Below the pieces are notes generated by a model. The model searched no databases. It was not told the origin of the DNA and worked only from the letters and a program-made list of their open reading frames with translations. A DNA stretch of 33,971 bases from positions 1 to 33,971 of the IMG/VR virus record IMGVR_UViG_3300030330_004799. One strand, given 5' to 3'. Made by a program: the position numbers and the translations under genes. This DNA is from a virus. Lineage: Duplodnaviria > Caudoviricetes. This document shows positions 24,412 through 33,502 of the stretch, piece after piece; positions within the stretch are counted from its first letter, which is position 1, and each line of letters opens with the position of its first letter.

Positions 24412-27400
24412 ATGGCGGACAATTCTTCACGTAAATTTAAATTTATTTCTCCGGGAGTTTTTATTGACGAGATCGATCAGTCAGAACTGCCGGCTGAAAT
24501 TGGGCCAATTGGTCCGGTTATTATAGGTCGCACTCGTCAGGGACCAGGCATGAAGCCGGTGACAGTATCGTCTTTTCAAGACTTTGTAGAAACCTTTGGC
24601 GCTCCAGTTGCGGGCGCTGAAGGTGGAGACATCTGGCGTGGTGAGGGGCTCGCAAGTGGACCGACCTATGCATCGTATGCAGCACAAGCATGGCTGCAAA
24701 ATAGTTCGCCTGTAACGATGGTTCGTCTTCTCGGCGAACAAAGCGATGACGCCGCTACTGCTACTGGCGTGGGCTGTGCCGGATGGTATGCCGGAAACGA
24801 TGGTAGCAAAAGCGGATTCGCTTGGAGCAACGAAGGAGCCACTGGCGGCGGAGCTTTTGGTCTATTTGTTTGGCCATCCGGCACCACTTCCGGTGCTCCA
24901 GGCACCAACAATGTCCAGCGAGCCGCTGTAACCGGAGCCTTGGCTGCCATCATCTATGCGGATGAGGGCAAGATTATTCTTTCAGGAACTCTTGCTTCGG
25001 GAAGCGACGCTAGTGTTTTCGGTACAGCCGCTGCCGGAAAGAAGGATCCGGCGACAATAACTGCTTCTTTCGGAAGCCTGTATAAGTCTAACTCTGACGG
25101 CACACTGACACTTGGATTTGTTCCTACCGATATTGATCCTATAGAATCCGACGCTGGAGGTTCGTGGTACAAGCAAACTGTTAGCTTGACTCCTAGTGAT
25201 CCTAACTTTATTCGTAACGTATTGAACACCAATCCTACCATTGTAAACGATGACATCACAACGGCTGCTGCTAAAACTGCTAACCAAGGCGGCGAGTATT
25301 GGTTGGGCGAAAGCTACGAACGTTCGTTGACTCTCGCAGGAGAAGACTCTCAAGGTGTTTTATCTTTGGGTCTAGGAACTTCTTACTTTGCTGCTATTTT
25401 GCCCATGGCTAACTCTGTTGCTGGGCTACTCTATCAGCACGACCAAAAAATGCCAGCCCAGCGGGCATCTACGGGGTTCTTCATCGGACAAGATCTTGGA
25501 ACTGATACTGGGTCTTATGCTCCGAAAAACCAACAACAATTGTTTAGGTTTGAGGCTTTGTCCGCAGGAATTCAAACGCAGGAAGAAATTAAAATCTCTA
25601 TCGCTAATATCAAGGCAGCTACGGGAGAATTTGAAAACTTCGGAAGCTTTAGCGTTTTTGTTCGCAAGTTGTCCGATGTTGACAGTCGTCCAGTTATTAT
25701 CGAACGATATGATAACCTTAACTTGAACCCAGCTTCTCCAAATTATATTGCCGTGAGAATTGGTGACCAATATGAAAAATATGATCCTGTAACCAAATCC
25801 AATCGACGATACGGACGTTTTCCGAATAAATCAAATTACATTCGTGTAGAAATGAATCCCGATCTGGATCGAGGCGGATTGGATACACGACTCATACCGT
25901 TTGGGGTCTTTGGTCCGCTCAAGAGCCGGGATGTTTCTGTTGTAAATGACAATGTTTATAGTGGAGGAAAAGTCAAGTGGCGTGTATTCAACGACCTGGG
26001 TGATACACTAACTTATAATAATCCCCGCCCGTTTACACTTGCCACAGGAAGCAACAGAGCAGCCTTTGGTGCCTTGAGTTCTAACCATATGGATGTATTA
26101 AACTTCGGCTCAGGGTCCACGTCACAGTTTGCGTTTAGCGGGTCTATTCGTTTTCCATCTGTACCTTTGAGACAAAAGTCAACGTGGGGTGGGACCGCTC
26201 GGAGTAATCGTAATATTTATTGGGGAGCTTGGACAAATCAAACTCCCACATCTGAATTCCACTACCCTGGAATTGTTGACTGCATTCGAGTGCGACCCAA
26301 TGGGGTGTCTGGGTTTAATCAGCCCTACATAACTACCCCTGATCTTGCTACGCAACCTTATGGGACATTATTAGGTAATTTCGCTAACACGGGAGCCGCT
26401 AATGTCACCGAAATTAGTTGGGTGTTTTCTTTAGATGACATATCTGGTACAGTTCCAGGCTTGAATGCGGCAGGAACCTATACTAGTGGCAAGCAAGCTA
26501 CTACGGGTCGTTTCTATGATGGTGCTCGCAAGGAAGGCAAGAGCCTTTCGGCAGTCGCCAGCTTTACTGGAACCTTGGACGCTGGATACGATCGCTTTAC
26601 TACGGTTTTGGCTGGTGGTAGCGACGGTTGGGACATTACAGAACGTGACCCGCTTCGTCTCTCCGGTTTCCCTGCAAACCCAACAGAGGCTAATTCGTAT
26701 CAACTAGAGACTCTTAAAAGAGCGATAAACATTGTATCGGACGCAGATGTAGTGCCGTGTAATGCAATCGCTATCCCTGGGGTAACTGAAAACACAACTA
26801 CCAGTTACCTACTTGAAGTTGCTGAAGATCGAGCCGATACTCTGGCAGTTATCGATATTCAAAACGTTTACACACCGGATACCGAAAACTCGGCAAGTGC
26901 AGAAGATAACAACTCTGCCACGACGGTTGGTACCATTGTAAGCGACTTCCAGGGACGTAACCTTAATAACAGTTATGGGGCAACATACGCACCTTGGCTC
27001 CTGTATCAGGACACGATATCTAGTCGAGTGTTCTGGGGACCGCCGTCGATTGCTGCTATTGGAGTTCTTTCAACAACTGATAGCCAACAGGCTCCTTGGT
27101 TTGCCCCGGCTGGATTCCAGCGTGGCGGATTGAGTGACGGCAATGGTGGCATTCCAGTATTGGATGTTTCTCGCCGCTACTCGTCGGATGATCGAGATGA
27201 CCTTTATGAAGTAAACATCAACCCGATTGCGAAGTTCCCAGCCGAAGGAATTGTATTCTGGGGACAAAAAACACTGCAACAGACTCGCTCCGCATTGGAT
27301 CGAATCAATGTGCGTAGGTTGATGATTTTCCTCAAGCGAGAGATATCTTTCATAGCTTCTAGGCTTCTTTTTGGACCTAACACTCAAAGCACATGGGACA

Positions 27401-27615
27401 ACTTCATTGGTCAGGCAGAACCTCTTTTGACAGACGTGAAGATGCGGTTCGGTATCGAAGAGTTCCGCTTGATCTTGGACGATACTACAACTACGCCAGA
27501 TCTTATTGATCGTAATATTATCTACGCTAAACTGCTCATCAAACCGACAAGGGCTGTTGAGTTCTTTGCTATCGATTTTGTCATCACCAACAGTGGGGCG
27601 TCTTTTGAGGACTAA
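24412..27615 (+). CDS. gp18: Contractile tail sheath protein (gp18-like)
   Basis: N-terminal FISPGVFIDEID.S. C-terminal PWFAPAG..RG, INPI, WGQKTL, LDRINVRRL and IKPTRAVEF. Confidence 0.95.
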   Translation: MADNSSRKFKFISPGVFIDEIDQSELPAEIGPIGPVIIGRTRQGPGMKPVTVSSFQDFVETFGAPVAGAEGGDIWRGEGLASGPTYASYAAQAWLQNSSPVTMVRLLGEQSDDAATATGVGCAGWYAGNDGSKSGFAWSNEGATGGGAFGLFVWPSGTTSGAPGTNNVQRAAVTGALAAIIYADEGKIILSGTLASGSDASVFGTAAAGKKDPATITASFGSLYKSNSDGTLTLGFVPTDIDPIESDAGGSWYKQTVSLTPSDPNFIRNVLNTNPTIVNDDITTAAAKTANQGGEYWLGESYERSLTLAGEDSQGVLSLGLGTSYFAAILPMANSVAGLLYQHDQKMPAQRASTGFFIGQDLGTDTGSYAPKNQQQLFRFEALSAGIQTQEEIKISIANIKAATGEFENFGSFSVFVRKLSDVDSRPVIIERYDNLNLNPASPNYIAVRIGDQYEKYDPVTKSNRRYGRFPNKSNYIRVEMNPDLDRGGLDTRLIPFGVFGPLKSRDVSVVNDNVYSGGKVKWRVFNDLGDTLTYNNPRPFTLATGSNRAAFGALSSNHMDVLNFGSGSTSQFAFSGSIRFPSVPLRQKSTWGGTARSNRNIYWGAWTNQTPTSEFHYPGIVDCIRVRPNGVSGFNQPYITTPDLATQPYGTLLGNFANTGAANVTEISWVFSLDDISGTVPGLNAAGTYTSGKQATTGRFYDGARKEGKSLSAVASFTGTLDAGYDRFTTVLAGGSDGWDITERDPLRLSGFPANPTEANSYQLETLKRAINIVSDADVVPCNAIAIPGVTENTTTSYLLEVAEDRADTLAVIDIQNVYTPDTENSASAEDNNSATTVGTIVSDFQGRNLNNSYGATYAPWLLYQDTISSRVFWGPPSIAAIGVLSTTDSQQAPWFAPAGFQRGGLSDGNGGIPVLDVSRRYSSDDRDDLYEVNINPIAKFPAEGIVFWGQKTLQQTRSALDRINVRRLMIFLKREISFIASRLLFGPNTQSTWDNFIGQAEPLLTDVKMRFGIEEFRLILDDTTTTPDLIDRNIIYAKLLIKPTRAVEFFAIDFVITNSGASFED

Positions 27616-27664
27616 AAAGTTATAATAGATTCTATATATATTATGAACAAGGAGATAACATATC

Positions 27665-28216
27665 ATGGCTGATTTCTTTTGGACTAACGCCAAAGCCGAC
27701 CCAAAAAGAGCATTTAGATTTTACATAGAGGTTGGTAACGCTGGTACACCCAACGAGCTTCCTGTGTGGACTATCAAAACTGCCACCAAGCCAAAGGCTA
27801 ATGTTTCTAGCATTGAGCACAGTTTTTTGAACCACACATTCAAGTATCCCGGAAGAGTAACCTGGGATAATATCACTTTGACTTTGGTGGATCCTATTAG
27901 TCCTCAAGTAGCCCAGCGTGCTTTAAATATATTGAGAGGGTCTGGCTATCAGTATCCAACTGAAGATGCCCAACTCCAAGCAGGACGAGGAAAGACCATC
28001 AGCAAACAACAGGCTGTTTCTAGTATTAGCAGATGTTTTATCATACAAACCGATGCCAATGGCAAGCAGGTTGAAAAGTGGTCGTTGAACAATCCTTGGA
28101 TTGTTAGTATTGACTGGGGCGGAACTTTAGATTACACCTCGGATGAATTGACCGAAATTTCAGTAGAGCTAGCCTATGACTGGGCTGAGTTGGAAACATA
28201 TACTGCTACTGCCTAA
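27665..28216 (+). CDS. gp19: Tail tube protein (gp19-like)
   Basis: PKR.FRF, KYPGRVTWDNITLTLVDP and LDY.SDE..EI.VELAYDWA. Directly after the sheath gene, with SD AAGGAG. Confidence 0.9.
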   Translation: MADFFWTNAKADPKRAFRFYIEVGNAGTPNELPVWTIKTATKPKANVSSIEHSFLNHTFKYPGRVTWDNITLTLVDPISPQVAQRALNILRGSGYQYPTEDAQLQAGRGKTISKQQAVSSISRCFIIQTDANGKQVEKWSLNNPWIVSIDWGGTLDYTSDELTEISVELAYDWAELETYTATA

Positions 28217-28268
28217 ACATAAATTATACTTAATGGTAAAGTATTATCATTAGGAAGGGTTACATACA

Positions 28269-29144
28269 ATGGGAAGAAATGATGATCGTTTAGAGGCGGG
28301 GCTCCCGATTCATGATGAATCGATAGCGCCAGGGGTAGCAACCACACTACCCTCAAATGAGCCCGCACAATTTAATTGGACAGTGCCAACAGAGTTTATT
28401 GAACTCCCTAGTCAGGGAAGATTCTACAGTGCGGCACATCCTTTACATAATGCAACAACTGTAGAAATTAGATACATGACAGCCAAGGATGAGGATATCC
28501 TAACTTCCCGTGCTCTGCTAAAAGAGGGTGTTGCTATTGATCGGTTGCTTCAGAATATTTTAGTAAATAAAAATATTGATGTCAACTCTCTTTTGGTCGG
28601 AGACAAGAATGCGCTTATCGTAGGTGCTAGAATTACTGGCTATGGAGCCACATATGAAACCAAGGTTACATGCCCTGCATGTAGTACCAGTTCCGATTAT
28701 TCATTTGAGCTTCACACTGAGCCTAAACAAAATGGCATAGAGCAAACGCTTGAAGAGTATGAAGCAGTTACAACTGATCACAACACTTTTGTAGTCAAGC
28801 TTCCGCTTACACAGGTGACGGTTGAGTGCCGCCTTATGACTGGCAAAGATGAACTCCAACTAATGAAAGAGGGTGAGCGTCGTGTACGACGTAAGATGCA
28901 AGAGTCTGGATTAACAGACCAGCTTAAGGCATTCATTGTTTCAGTAAACGGTGACAACTCTCCCCTGGCAATTGCTTCTCTTATTCAGAATTTGCCGGCT
29001 CAAGATTCTCGCTTTTTGAGAACTTTTTATTCCGAAATTACCCCAAACATCGACCTTACCCAGGTATTCGAGTGCAGTTCATGTGGCTACTCTGCGGACA
29101 TGGAGGTTCCGCTGACCGCTGACTTTTTTTGGCCTAGGCGATGA
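28269..29144 (+). CDS. Baseplate hub assembly / tail chaperone (T4 gp26-like)
   Basis: ELPSQG, RYMTAKDEDIL, ARITGYG, CPAC and CSSC Zn motifs, C-terminal DFFWP. Confidence 0.8.
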   Translation: MGRNDDRLEAGLPIHDESIAPGVATTLPSNEPAQFNWTVPTEFIELPSQGRFYSAAHPLHNATTVEIRYMTAKDEDILTSRALLKEGVAIDRLLQNILVNKNIDVNSLLVGDKNALIVGARITGYGATYETKVTCPACSTSSDYSFELHTEPKQNGIEQTLEEYEAVTTDHNTFVVKLPLTQVTVECRLMTGKDELQLMKEGERRVRRKMQESGLTDQLKAFIVSVNGDNSPLAIASLIQNLPAQDSRFLRTFYSEITPNIDLTQVFECSSCGYSADMEVPLTADFFWPRR

Positions 29145-29325
29145 TTATATAAAAAACGTATACGAAGAGTTTTTCCAACTGAAATATTATGGCGGATGGA
29201 GTCTCTTTGAGATGTACAACCTCCCTGTAGTGATCCGGCGCTGGTTCCTCAAACGACTGGCAGACCAAAAAGAGAAAGAGGCTGAAGCCCAAGAAGAAGC
29301 ACTGAAGTCAGCCAAACGTCGTTGA
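29131..29325 (+). CDS. gp51-like ORF lacking a conventional start; probable frameshift extension of the gp26-like gene
   Basis: The +1 frame is open from 29116 to TGA 29325: GLGDDYIKNVYEEFFQLKYYGGWSLFEMYNLPVVIRRWFLKRLADQKEKEAEAQEEALKSAKRR. Its first ATG is late (29212). Confidence 0.65.
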   Translation, partial: GLGDDYIKNVYEEFFQLKYYGGWSLFEMYNLPVVIRRWFLKRLADQKEKEAEAQEEALKSAKRR

Positions 29326-29400
29326 TAAGTTGCGTTTTCCTTTTTTATAATTGTTTTCTAAAGACTACTTATAGAAAACCCATCCCTAGGAGAGGACTTA

Positions 29401-29745
29401 ATGCAGCGACTAACCGAAGATCAACTAAAAGATATTGTATTTGACTTGGGGGTTGGAAGAAAAAACCAAGTCAATGAAAATATTCTCCATGTATTTGCAG
29501 CATGGATCTCTTACCTTTTGTCTAAAATGTTCAAAGGTCGCCGCATCCCTGTTAGGGTTCGAGGGAACAAAATTGAAATCGAAAGATTCACTGATGCGTT
29601 GGTAAACGAGAAAAGATACATGGACTTCATTAAGAAGTACGGGCTTGATGACCCTATGACGTATCAGCAAAAAGCTAAACTGGATGTTGCTATTAAACGC
29701 TTTGAGCGTGAAGCAAAGATTAATTGGCCTATTCGCCACGGCTAG
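29401..29745 (+). CDS. Hypothetical protein upstream of tape measure
   Basis: 114-aa ORF with SD AGGAGAGGA and a motif variant ACTACTTA at 29364. Confidence 0.7.
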   Translation: MQRLTEDQLKDIVFDLGVGRKNQVNENILHVFAAWISYLLSKMFKGRRIPVRVRGNKIEIERFTDALVNEKRYMDFIKKYGLDDPMTYQQKAKLDVAIKRFEREAKINWPIRHG

Positions 29746-29755
29746 GTAATATCAC

Positions 29756-32122
29756 ATGGCTGATGAACTTTTACCAGAAGAACGACGACTAGCGGCTTTA
29801 CGAAAGCTCATACAGGCTCAAGCTGAGTCTGACGACGCCCAAAAGAAAGCTCTTGCAACTGCAAGAGAGCAGATGGAGATCGACAAGCAGCTAGCTGATC
29901 TTAAAAATGCGAGCACCGACGAAGAGAAAAAACTAAAAGAACTCCTTGAAGCTCGCCTAGTAACTCTCAAAGCCTCCGACGCTCAAGAGCAAAAAAGAAT
30001 CGACAAAGCCCGAGAGCTTTTGGCGGAAGAAGATAGACTAGAAGAGATTCTAGAGAAACAAACAGAACAACGTCGGCAACAGAAAGAACTTCTAGGGGAG
30101 ATCAACTCCCTAGCCACCGCTCTTACAGGAATTGACTTTGCATCGGTTGCGTCGCTCGGTGGGGTTACTTCGGCTTTTATTAAACTGGGTCACGAAGTTG
30201 ATGAAACCCGTGTCAAGTTAGGGCAAGCAACCGGCTTTACAGATGCCCTCAACAAAGACATGGAACGACTAGCAGTTACCAGTGGTAACTTGGGTATCTC
30301 TATTGGAGAAGCCGGAGAGATCATCGGCAGTCTTAATAATAGCATGACCGAGTTTGCTGCCCTTTCCCCAAGGGCACGAGCAGAGGCGGCTAGTACCGCC
30401 GCCCAAATGAGCAAACTAGGAGTATCAGTTGAGGAGACTGGGCGTGCCCTCGATATTTTATCCCGAGGTATGGGAATGAGCACCTCTGCGGCAAATACGG
30501 CGGGTCGTCAATTTGATATGCTGGCTCAACAAGTTGGCTTACCTACTTCTCAGGTCGTGTCCGACTTTAATAAGGTGGGACCTCAACTTGCTAAGTTTGG
30601 AAAGAATGGAACTAAAGAGTTCGGCAAACTAACCAAGCAAGCTCGTCGTTTAGGGATCACGATAGATGATGCATTTAATATAGCAGACGCTTTTGATACC
30701 TTTGAGGGTGCGGCAGATCTTGCTGGCAAACTAAACGCTCAACTCGGTCTCCAACTAAACTCCATTGAACTCATGAAAGCTTCGGAAGCTGATCGTATCG
30801 AGATCATGCGCCGAGAGTTTAAAATGAGAGGACAGAACTTTGATGACATGGGTCGCCGTCAGAAACAAGCAATAGCAGAAATATTGGGTACCGATGTCGA
30901 TATGGCTAGTCGTTTATTTGGCGATCCTGTGGAATTACGCAAATATCAAAAATCTCAAGAGGAAGCGGATAAACGAGCAGAAAAACTTACTTCAACCATG
31001 GAGAAGTTCAGTGTCACTATGCAAAACCTCTTCCTCTCGCTTCAGCCCGTCGTTGATTATTTTATTAAATTTGTTCGGTATCTAGCAGATAGCGGCGCTG
31101 CCAAATATATTTTGGGGATCGTCATGGTGGTTGGTGCTTTGGCAGGTGTTGTCAAGCTTTTAGGCACAGCCGCTAAAATAACAGCCGCAGTTCAAGCTGG
31201 GTTTAATGTGGTGATGGGCACCACAGCCGCTGTAGCTCCCGCCGCCGCAGCGGGAACAACGGCTATGGGAACGGCTGCTGCCGTTAGTGCTGGGAAAATT
31301 TTAGCATTTGGTGCGGCTATAGCCCTGGTAGGTGTAGGTATTGGTCTAGCCGCCTTTGGAATTTCTTATCTTGTAGCTGAGTTTGCAAAAATGTCCGCAG
31401 ACCAAATTGTCCTTACAAGCGTAGCTTTGATTGGATTAGGGCTGGCATTTAAAGCAATAGCGGTGGCTCTGGTGCCGCTAGCCCTGAGTGCCGGGGCGGC
31501 TGCGGGTCCTTTGTTGGCTTTGGGCGGCGCTGTTGCACTCATTGGCGTGGGTATGGGAGCAGCGGCTTATGGGGTCAGGCTGCTTGCGACGGCGTTCGGG
31601 GGACTCATAGAAAAGTTATCCGTTATTCAAATGGGACAATTTGCTACGATGGCAGTGGGGATAGGGCTCTTGTCCATATCTCTTTATAGTCTTGTTGCAG
31701 CAATGGCAGCCTTTGCTAATCCTATAACGCTTGTAGGTATAGGAGCTTTTGCGCTAATGGCATCTCAACTTACCGGACTCATGAGTCAAATAGGTGAAGC
31801 TGATAAAGCCATGGACTCTTTGGATAAAGTGATAACTGTCACCACAAGTGTAAGCAGTGGGCAACTCAAAGATATGGAAAGAGTTATTGATCAGGTAGTA
31901 AGGGTAACAGGAGATTCTTCTGCTACACGGGCTACAGGTTTAGATAGAGTGGCAAGTGCTTTAGAGCGGTTTGTCTCTCAAAGTCAACCACAAACAGCCC
32001 GAGGTAATAATCAAAGAAGTTCGGACATGACCATGGTAAAAATGGAACTTAATGATAAAACATTAGGTCAATTCGTCATTGAGCAGATGACGAACTATCT
32101 AGACCCAACGGCTTTCAAGTAA
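29756..32122 (+). CDS. Tape measure protein
   Basis: Coiled-coil N-terminus, Ala/Gly-rich helical core and a long hydrophobic multi-TM-like region. Lies between the tube/chaperone and baseplate genes. Confidence 0.82.
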   Translation: MADELLPEERRLAALRKLIQAQAESDDAQKKALATAREQMEIDKQLADLKNASTDEEKKLKELLEARLVTLKASDAQEQKRIDKARELLAEEDRLEEILEKQTEQRRQQKELLGEINSLATALTGIDFASVASLGGVTSAFIKLGHEVDETRVKLGQATGFTDALNKDMERLAVTSGNLGISIGEAGEIIGSLNNSMTEFAALSPRARAEAASTAAQMSKLGVSVEETGRALDILSRGMGMSTSAANTAGRQFDMLAQQVGLPTSQVVSDFNKVGPQLAKFGKNGTKEFGKLTKQARRLGITIDDAFNIADAFDTFEGAADLAGKLNAQLGLQLNSIELMKASEADRIEIMRREFKMRGQNFDDMGRRQKQAIAEILGTDVDMASRLFGDPVELRKYQKSQEEADKRAEKLTSTMEKFSVTMQNLFLSLQPVVDYFIKFVRYLADSGAAKYILGIVMVVGALAGVVKLLGTAAKITAAVQAGFNVVMGTTAAVAPAAAAGTTAMGTAAAVSAGKILAFGAAIALVGVGIGLAAFGISYLVAEFAKMSADQIVLTSVALIGLGLAFKAIAVALVPLALSAGAAAGPLLALGGAVALIGVGMGAAAYGVRLLATAFGGLIEKLSVIQMGQFATMAVGIGLLSISLYSLVAAMAAFANPITLVGIGAFALMASQLTGLMSQIGEADKAMDSLDKVITVTTSVSSGQLKDMERVIDQVVRVTGDSSATRATGLDRVASALERFVSQSQPQTARGNNQRSSDMTMVKMELNDKTLGQFVIEQMTNYLDPTAFK

Positions 32123-32137
32123 GAGGAGAAAAACAAA

Positions 32138-33142
32138 ATGGTAGCTTTGTCAGTTTTTACGGATGTTGACAGTATTATTAAACGGGATCAAGCCAAGCGC
32201 AAAGTCCAGCAAGAGTTTGCAGCCGCTCGCCAAGCTAGAGAGAGAGCAATCATTGATGCAACAAGCCGTCGGCTTGATCCAGCAACCCAAGCTTTAATTA
32301 ATCCGAATACTGGTATCAATGTTTCTAAAAACTTGGGTGAGACATATAACCTTTTTATTGAACATGTGCCCTCCGGGGCAAAGCTAAAGTTCCCAGCATT
32401 TATTACGGGGTTCAGCGACGCTTACAATGTTAATTGGAATGCTGAAGAGGTCTTTGGTCGCTCGGATCCTATTGCTACTTATCAGAACACCAGGCGTGCT
32501 ATTTCTGTTTCTTGGCAAGTTGTGGGTTTTGATGTGGACGAAGCGACCGAAAACTTGTTGCGAATAAATTATTTGATGTCGATGCTTTATCCGCTTTATG
32601 AAAAAGGGGCAGAAGGTAAAGATAACTGTGGAAGCGCCAGCACAATAAATATGGGTCCGCTGTTGCGTATTAAGTTTGGTAACTTAATTCAGGATGCTAA
32701 CAACGGCGGTCCTTTGTTGGGGTATGTAAATGGCTTCACTGTAGACCCAGAATTGGATGAAGGATTCTTTTTAGCTAATAGTCCCCAGAATACTATCATG
32801 GGAACTAACGGTACCGAGTATGTCCCCAAGAGTATTCGACTCAACTTTGAAATGACTGTTTTACACGAGCACTCTCTGGGTTGGGTCAAGGGAACTAATG
32901 AAACCGGAATTGGAACAGGGAAGAAGTATTTTTTCCGTGGCGGCGAAAAAGGCTTTCCTTACCAAAATAATATGGGAGGTGCTGGATTACCTCGCACCAT
33001 TTCTGTCGCCGATGCGTCATCCGATAAGGTTACGCCGCCCGCTACAGGTGTTTTTGGTGTCGATGAAACCACTGGAGAATTTGTTGGCGACTCTGTAGCG
33101 GAGGCTACTGCTCTCATACCACTCCAGCGGACAGGAGGATAA
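32138..33142 (+). CDS. Baseplate / tail-tube initiator-like protein
   Basis: FPAFITGFSD.Y...W....FGRSDPI.TYQNTRR.ISVSW and PLLRIKFGNL suggest a tube-fold baseplate protein. Follows the tape measure gene. Confidence 0.65.
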   Translation: MVALSVFTDVDSIIKRDQAKRKVQQEFAAARQARERAIIDATSRRLDPATQALINPNTGINVSKNLGETYNLFIEHVPSGAKLKFPAFITGFSDAYNVNWNAEEVFGRSDPIATYQNTRRAISVSWQVVGFDVDEATENLLRINYLMSMLYPLYEKGAEGKDNCGSASTINMGPLLRIKFGNLIQDANNGGPLLGYVNGFTVDPELDEGFFLANSPQNTIMGTNGTEYVPKSIRLNFEMTVLHEHSLGWVKGTNETGIGTGKKYFFRGGEKGFPYQNNMGGAGLPRTISVADASSDKVTPPATGVFGVDETTGEFVGDSVAEATALIPLQRTGG

Positions 33143-33145
33143 ACA

Positions 33146-33499
33146 ATGCCAGTATCAAGATATGATAGTCGTCATACATTTATCAATGACAATGATGGAT
33201 ACAAAAAAGAATTGTTTTATGATCGAGATGTCAAACAAATTATCCAGTACGATACTGCTGAAATTAATTATCCTACCTTGGAAGAGATCAATACTCTTTC
33301 CTCTACACAGCTAGTATGGGGTGCTACTGACAAATTATATAATATTGCACAAGCTTATTATCAAAGTCCTCAATATTGGTGGGTGATTGCGTGGTATAAC
33401 CGTAAACCTACTGAAGCTCATTTTAACGTCGGGGACATTTATTATGTGCCCCAGCCTTTAAACAAAGCATTAGATCTTTACCGAAAAAGGAAAGAGTAG
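33146..33499 (+). CDS. LysM-like baseplate wedge protein (gp53/tail X-like)
   Basis: SRY...DKLYNIAQAYYQSPQYWWVIAWYN...GD..YVP. Confidence 0.78.
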   Translation: MPVSRYDSRHTFINDNDGYKKELFYDRDVKQIIQYDTAEINYPTLEEINTLSSTQLVWGATDKLYNIAQAYYQSPQYWWVIAWYNRKPTEAHFNVGDIYYVPQPLNKALDLYRKRKE

Positions 33500-33502
33500 T
33501 TC

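Noticed and set aside
24227-24526. 99-aa plus-strand ORF spanning the gp15-sheath gap
   Set aside because: It overlaps both flanking genes out of frame and covers the promoter-like motif, so it is probably spurious.
27070-27693. 207-aa minus-strand ORF and the other short minus-strand ORFs in the track
   Set aside because: All overlap well-supported plus-strand genes and show no motifs. The window appears uniformly plus-strand coded.
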